NCBI GenBank assembly: GCA_002269645.1
Contig: NIVC01000106.1
Location: forward strand, 124,001-188,000
Origin: Macrostomum lignano
Lineage: Eukaryota
Length of the DNA: 64,000 bases
Direction: 5' to 3'
In this document: in pieces, positions 12,621-24,500 of the stretch
How the letters are laid out: every line of letters begins with the position of its first letter
Position numbering within the stretch: the first letter of the stretch is position 1
Translations under genes and position numbers: made by a program
The notes under the pieces: model-generated
What the model was told of the DNA's origin: nothing
The model's database searches: none
What the model saw: only the letters and a program-made list of their open reading frames with translations

Positions 12621-14775
12621 TTTACATTTTCGTGTACGTGAAACTTAATACAAGCGGCTCAGTTTTATAGATGGCCTTTTTTAAATTTTCTGTTCTCAAT
12701 AATTTTGTCCCATTTTTAACTTACTCTTGAGTTCCCTAATTCGTATACTGCGACTTTGTCATAAAAGTCCAAAATTCTTCTGCATTTCTATTCAGGGTTT
12801 AATCAAGGACCACCAGGAACACTAGTCTAGTTGTCCTTGGATTTACTTCTTCAATTTGATACACGTCTGGAATGGTAGTTTCGCGATTTACAATTATCTT
12901 TGATTTTCATGATGTGATATTAACTTCAGAAACTTTTTTGCATGTTTGCAACAAATCACAATGCCTGATTCAAGTTTTACTCACTTGAACTAGGGTACAT
13001 TCCGTTGTTTAGTTGCTTTAATTATCGAGTGAGGATATGCTCGTTTTTAGTCGTTATTGTTTGAATTAGTTGCGATATTACATTTTCCAAGAAATAACTA
13101 TTCTTATTGACAGACTGACTGACACAATCATACCAAAACCAAGGTCGTCCTTGACCAAAACTTTAAAGCAATTTTTCGAGCTAAACTTTAGGCGTTCGCT
13201 ACAAAACTTCATGCAGTAATTCAATAAGAACTATGGAACACGATGCCAATAAGACTGGAGCTGGGAGTGGACTAAGTGAGTTTCGCTCGCAGTTTGTGAT
13301 GGCTATTTAAAAGTATAAAACTAATTTGCCTTTTATTTTTGAGATGATTTTATGAAGAAAGTCAATACTGGTTATCATATCAAACATGACTTAGAGTTAG
13401 ACGATGTTCATATCTCAGCTATTATTAAATATTTCTTATTAAATATTTGTTTGGCAGAGCATCTTTTGTTGTTTTTCTTTTTATTTGAAATAAATTTAAC
13501 CATTTGGGTATGCCTCAGCAAGCATAAAAAATTGTTTCAGTCCTCAATGATTTTGTACAAAATTATAAATTATAGTTTTTTAAACTTAATAACCTTAACT
13601 AAGATTCAATGCTCTCATCAAATAGTATTTGCTATCAATTTTGAAATTTTGGCTTTTTCTGAAGAAAAAATTCATATAATAATAATTTTTTGTTTTGATA
13701 ATATTTAATATCATTATCAGTTGCTTAATCGATTCTTTAAAGTCCATTACAGTAGAGTATCTATTTGAAAAATAACACAGTTCCAATTTATAGCATTCAA
13801 TTCCAGCTCAAATGTGAATATGTATACTATCTATAGTATCTATCTATCTATGTATAGTATATACAACTTTTTTACTATATATTTCAACTTCAATGGGTTA
13901 TTTTTACAAGTTTTTTACACTAAAAGCATGTCATATTTAATAATTTAACATATTGGTATTGGTGAAAAGTTAAATAATTTTGAGCAGCAAGAATCAGAGT
14001 TGATAATTTTGTTCTTTTAATTCCATTTTCTATGCTTAGAAAAGCAAACTTCAATTAAATATATTTACAAACTGAAACTACTAAATACCTCCCTCAAAGT
14101 AAGTATAACTCAACATATTCTATGCCAAAATGGTTTGGATGAACCTAGAATTGATGGCCCAGAGTTTTTTAATTTTTTGCCTAATAATACTGGAAATTTG
14201 TTCTATATGGTTATGTGTTCTATATGTTCTATATGGTATATATTCACTTCTTTAGTGAAAGTCATAGTTACTCAATCCGATTACTCAATAACAATATATG
14301 GAGCCTTATTTGTTGGTTTTAAAATAATCTGATTTAACATTCTTTTTTTTATGGCTTGCTGTAGCCACCCTGCCCTCGATATTGCCCTGGAATTAACCAC
14401 CTGTGCACGGTGCCCTCTCTGTCTGCCTACTATAGAATTTTTTTGATCATTAACAGTAAAACTTTTTGGTGGTAGTTCCGCCTTTACTAACGATAGATCA
14501 GAGCCATAATCCAGATCTCGCCTCCCCAGTCATTTCTTCCCATTTCTCTAGCCTGCCGATCGATTTTTTTAGGGCGAAGCATTTTCCTCTTTACTTTGGG
14601 TGAACAACTCTCTGTCTCAGCGGTAAAAACCAAACCAGTTGTTGTCAGACAGAAACTGTGCACTGGAGCTGTCTGCCGCAATTTCTTGTCTATGCCAAGC
14701 CATGGAGCCTTAGAACCAGTGCACGGAGTGGCAAGTCCATCTCCAAACAGATTTGTCTTGGCGAAACCCCGAAAT

Positions 14776-15165
14776 GTCTGACTGGCTGGAAAAGTGTCTG
14801 ACTGGCTGGAAAAGTGTCTGACTGGCTGGAAAAATGTCTGGCTGGCTGGAAAAGTGTCTGACTGGCTGGAAAAGTGTCTGACTGGCTGGAAAAGTGTCTG
14901 ACTGGCTGGAAAAGTGTCTGACTGGCTGGAAAAGTGTCTGGCTGGCTGGAAAAGTGTCTGACTGGCTGGAAAAATGTCTGGCTGGCTGGAAAAGTGTTTG
15001 ACTGGCTGGAAAAGTGTCTGACTGGCTGGAAAAATGTCTGACTGGCTGGAAAAATGTCTGACTGGCTGGAAAAGTGTCTGACTGGCTGGAAAAGTGTCTG
15101 ACTGGCTGGCAAAGTGTCTGGCTGGCTGGAAAATGTCTGGCTGGCTGGAAAATGTCTGGCTGGTA
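14776..15165. repeat. 20-bp minisatellite (TGTCTGACTGGCTGGAAAAG)n upstream of the EML gene
   Basis: About 19 tandem units. Confidence 0.95.
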
Positions 15166-15431
15166 AAGTGCTGTGAAAATGCAGTAAATTTAATATTTCA
15201 ACGAAATTTTTGGCCAACAGAAGAAAACACCAATGCGGCGATTGATTCCTAAGTTCTGAGTTTCAGAACTCCTTGGCTCTCACAGTCTGTACTCACCCCT
15301 GAGCTGAGTCAGCCGCCAATTCCTTTTAATCCCTTTCTCTGTTCTCCTTTTTGAGCAGTTCCTGAGTAAGCGATTGTGCACAAAATATTGTGCAGCCCGC
15401 CCGTGTCTGTCCCCGCGCTTTCCGCCTGACA

Positions 15432-15438
15432 ATATAAA
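15432..15438 (+). promoter_or_regulatory. Candidate TATA box of the EML gene
   Basis: ATATAAA about 140 bp upstream of the proposed ATG at 15574. Position only; not validated. Confidence 0.3.
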
Positions 15439-15573
15439 GCAGGAGAAATTTCAAGGGAAGGCTAAGTAGATTTCGGCGTGTGTAAACTGCTTACTAAACT
15501 GTGCCAACTTTGTAAATCATAGGTGATAGCACAATTGGCATCAGATTTCTGATCAGGATTCAAGCCGACAAAA

Positions 15574-18500
15574 ATGCCAGCTGTGTCCGCTTATCAGCAT
15601 TCTGCATCGCTTGGTAATATTTCATGTTTGAAATCATTTTATTTTTAGATAGATAGAGAGGGTCGCTTTCATAGGCCAGAAATTTCATGAACTCGAAATT
15701 TCATGAACTCGAAATTTCATGAACTCGAAATTTCATGAACTCGAGATTTCATGAACTCGAAATTTCATAAGCTCGAAATTTCATGAACTCGAGATTTCAT
15801 GAACTCAAAATTTCATAAGCTCGAAATTTCATAAGCTCGAAATTTCATGAACTCGAAATTTCATGAACTCGAAATTTCATGAACTCGAAATTTCATGAAA
15901 TCGAAATTTCATGAACTCGATATTTCATGAACTCGAAATTTAAAAGCTCGATTTTCAGAAATCTCAAAATTTAACCCAGTTTGAGGTGAAATTTATAAAA
16001 ATTATTTCTAGGCATTTTCTATTTTTATTTCCAGCCGCAGATTTCGAAACTGCGTAATTATGAGCCTTAAAAATAAATTAATAATAGTATAGGTTAATTA
16101 GGTAAAATTACGTTGTCGTTTTCAAGGTTCGATAGGCGTTCAGGTAACTTGCTTACAACTCGAAAAAATGGTGCACGATTTCTCTCTTTTTTTAAAACAA
16201 AATTCTTCTGTTGAAATATACTCATATTTCTCTCGTAGAAATACTCAGAATGCTTCTTTATGAAAGAGCATTTTCGATTGAACGGAGAAAATACGAGTAA
16301 TGCATGATAATAGCGTGCTAACATCAAATTTAGCCATTTTGAGTAGCAGTACTATCGGAGCAGGCTCAGTGGTTGGGAGAGGCTAGGAGAGAGCGGAAAG
16401 AGACTAGGAGAGAGCGGAGAGAGAGACTAGGAGTGAGCGGAGAGAGAGACTAGGAGAGAGCGGAGAGAGAGACTAGGAGAGAGCGGAGAGAGAGGCTAGG
16501 AGAGAGCGGAGAGAGAGACTAGGAGTGAGCGGAGAGAGAGACTAGGAGAGAGCGGAGAGAGAGACTAGGAGTGAGCGGAGAGAGAGACTAGGAGAGAGCG
16601 GAGAGAGAGACTAGGAGAGAGAGAGGAAGAGACTAGGAGAGAGCGGAGAGAGAGGCTAGGAGAGAGCGGAGAGAGGCTAGGAGAGAGCGGAGAGAGAGAC
16701 TAGGAGTGAGCGGAAAGAGACTAGGAGAGAGCGGAGAGAGAGACTAGGAGTGAGCGGAGAGAGAGACTAGGAGAGAGCGGAGAGAGAGAGTAGGAGAGAG
16801 CGGAGAGAGAGAGTAGGAGAGAGCGGGGAGAGAGACTAGGAGAGAGCGGAGAGAGAGACTAGGAGAGAGCGGAGAGAGAGACTAGGAGAGAGTGTAGAGA
16901 GAGAGACTAGGAGAGAGCGGAGAGAGAGACTAGGAGAGAGCGGAGAGAGAGACTAGGAGAGACTAGGAGAGAGCGGAGAGAGACTAGGAGAGAGCGAAGA
17001 GAGAGACTAGGAGAGAGCGGAGAGAGAGAGTAGGAGAGAGCGGAGAGAGAGACTAGGAGAGAGCGGAGAGAGAGAGTAGGAGAGAGCGGAGAGAGAGACT
17101 AGGAGAGAGCGGAGAGAGAGAGTAGGAGAGAGCGGAGAGAGAGAGTAGGAGAGAGCGGAGAGAGAGACTAGGAGAGAGCGGAGAGAGGCTAGGGGAGAGC
17201 GGAGAGAGAGACTAGGAGTGAGCGGAGAGAGAGACTAGGAGAGAGCGGAGAGAGAGACTAGGAGTGAGCGGAGAGAGAGACTAGGAGAGAGCGGAGAGAG
17301 AGACTAGGAGAGAGCGGAAGAGACTAGGAGAGAGCGGAGAGAGAGGCTAGGAGAGAGCGGAGAGAGAGAGTAGGAGAGAGCGGAGAGAGAGAGTAGGAGA
17401 GAGCGGAGAGAGAGACTAGGAGAGAGCGGAGAGAGGCTAGTGGAGAGCGGAGAGAGAGAGTAGGAGAGAGCGGAGAGAGAGAGTAGGAGAGAGCGGGGAG
17501 AGAGACTAGGAGAGAGCGGAGAGAGAGACTAGGAGAGAGCGGAGAGAGAGACTAGGAGAGAACATGAACGGAGACACAAACTTCAACAAACTTCAATGGC
17601 CTATTTTAGACGGTCTGCTCACTCAGGAGAACAGCGAACTCAGGGATCGCGTGGCGGACCTTGAGCACCGAGTTCAAGCTCAATCAGACGAGCTCACCTG
17701 TCTGAAGTCGTCTCTTTCCGACTGTCTGCGCCGCCTGGCCACCCTGGAGTCGAGCAGAGGTGGGCCGCACTACCATGTGCCAGTTCATAATTATCACGGG
17801 GCTGTGATGCACGCATCGCATTGCTCTACTGAGCTTATGGGTGAGTTGAGTTTGAATCAGGCAGTGTTGAGCCTTATTCACTCCATTGTGAGATTCTTGA
17901 TTTTCATTTTTGTCAGTTTTAGCTCGCATAGAGGAAGGGAGATGGGAGGGAGAGAGATTTGAATAAATTAAATGAGAGACAGAGAGATTGGAAGAAGAGA
18001 GAGGACATCGAGAAGACAAGAGAGATGGGAGGAAGAGAGATGGGAGGAAGAGAGATTAGAGGCAGAGAGATGAGGAGAGAGATGGGAGGGACACATGATG
18101 AAAGGGAGAGATGATGAGAGAGATATGAGAGGGAGAGATATGGGAGGGAGAGAGATGAGAGGGACATATGATGAGAGGGAGAAGTGATGAGAAGGAGAGA
18201 GAAGAGAGATATGAGAGGGAGAGAGAAGAGAGATATGAGAGGGAGAGAGAAGAGAGATATGAGAGGGAGAGAGAAGAGAGATATGAGAAGGAGAGAGAAG
18301 AGAGATATGAGAGGGAGAGAGAAGAGAGATATGAGAGGGAGAGAGAAGAGAGATATGAGAGGGAGAGAGAAGAGAGATATGAGAGGGAGAGAGAAGAGAG
18401 ATATGAGAGGGAGAGAGAAGAGAGATATGAGAGGGAGAGAGAAGAGAGATATGAGAGGGAGAGAGAAGAGAGATATGAGAGGGAGAGAGAAGAGAGATAT

Positions 18501-21500
18501 GAGAGGGAGAGAGAAGAGAGATATGAGAGGGAGAGAGAAGAGAGATATGAGAGGGAGAGAGAAGAGAGATATGAGAGGGAGAGAGAAGAGAGATATGAGA
18601 GGGAGAGAGAAGAGAGATATGAGAGGGAGAGAGAAGAGAGATATGAGAGGGAGAGAGAAGAGAGATATGAGAGGGAGAGAGAAGAGAGATATGAGAGGGA
18701 GAGAGAAGAGAGATATGAGAGGGAGAGAGAAGAGAGATATGAGAGGGAGAGATGAGAGAAGATAGTGGAAGAATAACCATGCGTGCTTATGAGTCTAAGC
18801 ATTGACTACTCCATGCTGTTTAGACACACCACACGCACTATCGATGAAAACTGCATGTGCAAAATTCAAAATTGCAACATTTCTACATCAACTGCTGCAG
18901 TAACTTAGTCATTGCTGTAAGATTCCACTCTCGCTAAACAATTCCAGGTGTTCCAGTTTAACTCTCTAATTTAGCATCAGCGTGCTAAAAAAGCGAGTTT
19001 CCTCCCTAGTTACACGAAAATCCCATATCATTGTCAGTAGTATACTATTAAAATCGGATCCGTAAATTTGCACGCCGGAATTTACCTGTTCTCAAGGTGT
19101 CAAACATGTCATTGTAATAATACCGGTTTTAAAACAAAATGCATTTGGTGTGTCTGCAAGGTGATTTATTTTCTGAAAGTGGTTAAAAATGCACCTATTA
19201 TAAATTTTTATGCCTTGATTTTGCTATCTGATAGAACCCCAAAAATGGATGCCGTTGTTATTGACTCGTCAAATATTAAAACAGACTGGCTATTGGTACG
19301 TGAAGTTGTAATTTTATCTCACTATACAAATTCGCTTGAGCCTGCTAACCTGATTGCTGTTGTTTCATGTTGCACTAAATCCTGTTACAATATTTTTACT
19401 ATATAACTTCACTAGAAATGAATAACTTGTACTGTGTTAAAGCTTGTTTCTAGCAATGCTACTACAAGTAGATGGACGTAACATTTATAATTTGTTATTT
19501 GCTGTAGTGAGTTAGTCAGTCACGTGCTTTCATAGGTGCAAATGCATAGTTGTGTCGCTATTGGACGAAACAGCTGTCACGTGACTACTGGCAGCCAATA
19601 GAGATGCAGGAGAAACTTTCCGGGTGATTCTCAAGGTCGCTCTCAGTCGTGGGGTGGGTTGATTCTAAAAATAGCATAGCTTTAAGCTTATCAGCCAGTG
19701 AAAATTTGAACCTATTACCTATTAGCCAATTTCCTTAGAAATTAACTACAAGTGTTTCTTTCAGTTTTTCGTGTTGTAATTACTGCATGATTTTTATTTA
19801 TTAGTAATGCCTATCGTAACTTAAGCCAGTTAGCCAATGTACATTAAGAGGATGCACCCAGTCTATCCTAAGCCAATGTACATTAAAAGAATTCCCCTAG
19901 TCTATCCTAAGCCAATGTACATTAAAAGGATTCCCGCAGTCTATCCAAGCCAATGTACATTCGGATTCTCTTATCAACCCCCCCCCTCCCCCCCGATTCC
20001 GTCTGGCGCAGCCCTGCAGAGTCAGGCTTCTCCAAACTTCGCGTCCGCCAAGTCACCTTCGGTGGCGCCGTCTGGTGGCCCATCGTTTTCAAAGAAATCG
20101 GCACCAGCGGCCACGGCTGTGGGCGGCGGCGCCACGCGCGCTTCCGCTGCCGGTCGGCGTACCACAGGCAGCGGCGGAGGCGGCCATACGGTGTCCTACG
20201 GACCGCCTCCCGCCAAGCATCCGGCAAGCCGACAGTCGGCTAAGGAGCAGCCGCTGCATGTTTCTGTGTCTCAGAGTGCCGGGTGAGTGATGGATACATC
20301 TGTAGTCGAAAAATCTTGATTTTCGTTACAATTGGCTCCCTCCCCTGGTCTAGGGTGTACTTTGAAATTTGCAATGCACCCTAAATTTGACCTTGGGAAT
20401 GAATCAATATTTAGCGCAGTTTGGGATTCCCCGTAGATTTGACCTTGTGGCTTAGTCCCTTAGTTGGAATTCCCCAAAAACTACGACCGCTAAAAATGAA
20501 CTTATGAATTAGTCACTATTAGTAGTTTAGAATTTCCTTCAAATGCGATCTTGTGAGAAATTAAAATCAGCAGTTTGGGATTCCCCTTTAGATATGACCT
20601 TGTTCAAGTTATTTAATGGCAGTTTGGGATTCTCCTTGATTCTCCTTGAAGATTTGAAATCAGAGGGTAATCGATATAGCAGTTTGGGATTCCCATTAGA
20701 TTTGACCTTGGAAATAAATCGATAATAGTGTAGTTTTCGAATTCCCCTTGGATGCGACCTTTAGCGAGACTTATTACTGTCACTCAAAACTTTGGATTCC
20801 GCTTATGAGCGACTGATGCAATCCGACCTTGGTTGATGTTTTCCAATCATTCTTTTCTTTCCATTTTGTCATTTTTTATCTTTTGTTGCTCAAAATAAAA
20901 TAAAATAAACTTCAGCCGAAGGCCGATGCTGAAGTCGCTGTCGCTGTATAACATGAGCCCAGTGCAGCAGGCTAAACTGGCTAACGAAATTGACTTGGCA
21001 GTCTATCGGTAAACAGTCAGATGAGGGCTTTTTAGATTTAAATTGCGCTTGAATTTTTTCTGTCTTACTTAACACTAGAGATTTTAGCAAAGGCACACCA
21101 ATTTTCTATGAATCAAACGTGGGCAGAAGGATATTTCTATTTGTAACAAAGCTCTAGAATGCTAGCGGCTGTTTCAGTCCAATTCTAGTTAGTTAGTCTC
21201 GCTTATGGCCTCTTGTTGGTTGAGCCATTATTTTCTTTTGGTTGCTGTTGTTTATCCTAATTATAGCCATTTTTATTTACGGTTGGAATTTTAACTCGCC
21301 TGTATTTAGACAGCAACAGTAACAGAATGTGCAACAGGCTGTAACAGAATGTGCAACAGGCTGTAACAGAATGTGCAACAGGCTGTAACAGAATGTGCAA
21401 CAGGCTGTAACAGAATGTGCAACAGGCTGTAACAGAATGTGCAACAGGCTGTAACAGAATGTGCAACAGGCTGTAACAGAATGTGCAACAGGCTGTAACA

Positions 21501-24500
21501 GCATGTGCAACAGGCTGTAACAGAATGTAAAAAAATACAATAGAATGTACCATGCATATTTTCCTAGTCGTAAAGAGGCTATGGTAGTAATTAAAAGTCG
21601 AATTTTCCTGAAATATACAATTTCTAAAAAACTTGATAAGCATTTCTTTAACCTTTCCATTTCAGAAACAAGGAACCAGTGTGGGTTAAGGGTGAGTCAA
21701 TTCGATTTAAATTTGAGTATTTATTAGTACAAAAGTGTTATGTAATAATTGGATACCGGGTCACACACTAAATGAATGTTTGCTATAAACATCGGAAACA
21801 AAATGTTATATATGACATTAGCAATCACTGTAGAGCATAGATATGATAAAAATGCACTTGTAGCTTACCTTGCACCTGTGTACCCCCAACCTATCTGTTT
21901 ACCTCTATTTCAGACTTCAATAGACTGGAAAGTACGTTCCTTGCACTTTTAATTTTTGTTTGTTTGTTTGTTTATGATTTACGTTCCTTTTTTGTCTTGG
22001 CAAAATAAAGATGTGCAGTTTCTGAGAAAAATGATAAATTTTGTTATACTTTAATTGGCGATTATTGCAGCTATTGAAGGAAAGCGAGAGTTTGTTGGCC
22101 GTCTGCAAGGTATGGTGCTGCTGTATTTTAACCGGCTGTGTCAGCTGTATTCCTGTCTGTGTCGGTTCTATTCCTGTCTGTGTCAGCTGTATTCCTGTCT
22201 GTGTCAGTTCTACTCCTGTCTGTGTCAGTTCTATTCCTATCTGTGTCAGTTCCACTCCTGTCTGTGTCAGTTCTATTCCTGTCTGTGTCAGTTCTACTCC
22301 TGTCTGTGTCAGTTGTATTCCTGTCTGTGTCGGTTCTATTCCTGTCTGTGTCGGTTCTATTCCTGTCTGTGTCAGTTCTATTCCTATCTGTGTCAGTTCT
22401 ACTCCTGTCTGTGTCAGTTCTACTCCTGTCTGTGTCAGTTCTACTCCTGTCTGTGTCAGTTGTATTCCTGTCTGTGTCGGTTCTATTCCTGTCTGTGTCG
22501 GTTCTATTCCTGTCTGTGTCGGTTCTACTCCTGTCTGTGTCAGTTCTACTCGTCTGTGTCAGTTCTATACCAGTCTGTGTCAGTTCTATACCAGTCTGTG
22601 TCAGTTCTATGTCAGAAATAATTAAGTTTATCAAGTGTCCCAATTTTAGCTTTTCTCAAAGATTTATCAGATTTTTTGCTCTGCTTTGTTATGATAATGC
22701 CATTTTTAACACCCTAAAAACTTTTCTTGGGCATTGTAGTTTGTATTGGCATTTTGCATGAAGTTCCGCTTCTGAGTTTTCTTTGCTCTTCTGCTCAAAT
22801 TTTGCTTCCTGCTTGCTGCAATTGGCGCTTGTTGTGCTATCTAATTAATGATTTTTAATGAGTTTTGTACCAAAATAACCGACACACAGTGCTTCGGATT
22901 CAAATTTTACGACTGCTGCTTTCTGCGTATCTCACCTTCTTTTCTGCCCCTCTCTCCTCTACCCCTCTCTCCTCCGCCCCTCTCCCCTCTACCCCTCTCT
23001 CCTCCGCCCCTCTCCCCTCTGCCCCTCTCTCCTCTACCCCTCTCTCCTCTACCCCTCTCTCCTCTGCCCCTCTCTCCTCTGCCCCTCTCCCATCTGCCCC
23101 TCTCTCCTCTGCCCCTCTCTCCTCTGCCCCTCTCTCCTCTGCCCCTCTCCCCTCTGCCCCTCTCCCCTCTGCCCCCTCTCCTCTACCCCTCTCTCTTCTA
23201 TCCCTCTCTCCTCTACCCCTCTCTCCTCTGCCCCTCTCTCCTCTGCCCCTCTCTCCTCTACGCCTCTCTCCTCTGCCCCTCTCTCCTCTGCCCCTCTCTC
23301 CTCTGCCCCTCTCTCCTCTGCCCCTCTCTCCTCTGCCCCTCTCTCCTCTGCCCCTCTCTCCTCTGCCCCTCTCTCCTCTACCCCTCTCTCCTCTGCCCCT
23401 CTCCCTCGAATGATAATGTCGGTGCTGTTGTACACCCTGTGTGAGCAAATGCCTTCGTACAGTATATGCTCAGGGTCTTTTCTTTACACAGTCCAGTTTA
23501 TCTGCCCAAATCAAACCCCACCGTTCTCACCAGAGGAAGGCATCCTGAGAATTTACCTACGTGGCCGAGCTGTCAATCTCTACGCTCCCAGCGATATTGG
23601 CGATCAGCTGTCTGCCAAAGAGATCGGCGAGGCTCCGAACACTCAACTCAAACTCGAGTGGGTCTACGGCTACAGAGGTCGAGACTGCCGGTCTAACCTT
23701 TACCACCTGCCAACTGGGGAGCTGGTCTACTTTGTGGCTAGCGTGGTTGTGCTGCACAATGTTGAGGAGGGCACCCAGCGCCACTACACGGGGCACAATG
23801 ACGATGTGAAGTGCTTGGCAGTGCACCCGGATCGAATCACCATGGCCTCTGGTCAGGTTGCTGGGCACGATAAGAAGCAGGGAAAGGTGAGGATCTGCTT
23901 CTTTTGGTGACCTCATGACCTCATCTCTATCCCGTACACCAAGGTCTTGACCTCTTCTCTATCCCGTACATTAAGGTCATGACCTCATCTCTATCACGAA
24001 CACTAAGGTCATGACCTCATCTCTATCACGAACACTAAGGTCATGACCTCATCTCTATCCCATACACTAAGGTCTTGACCTCTTCTCTATCCCGTACATT
24101 AAGGTCATGACCTCATCTCTATCACGAACACTAATGTCATGACCTCATCTCTATCATCACGAACACTAGGGTCATGACCTCATCTCTATCCCGTACACTA
24201 GGGTCATGACCTCATCTCTATCCCGTACACTAAGGTCATGACCTCATCTCTATCATCACGAACACTAGGGTCATGACCTCATCTCTATCCCGTACACTAG
24301 GGTCATGACCTCATCTCTATCCCGTACACTAGGGTCATGACCTCATCTCTATCATCACGAACACTAGGGTCATGACCTCATCTCTATCCCGTACACTAGG
24401 GTCATGACCTCATCTCTATCCCGTACACTAGGGTCATGACCTCATCTCTATCCCGTACACTAGGGTCATGACCTCATCTCTATCCCGTACACTAAGGTCA

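Noticed and set aside
12822-13153. 12-bp inverted repeat TCAAGGAC(C/G)ACC suggesting a MITE
   Set aside because: No target-site duplication and no further terminal similarity.
22890-22927. Extra candidate EML exon ([12 protein letters not shown])
   Set aside because: Weak donor, and its phase does not fit the chain that otherwise closes. It remains possible only in an alternative isoform.
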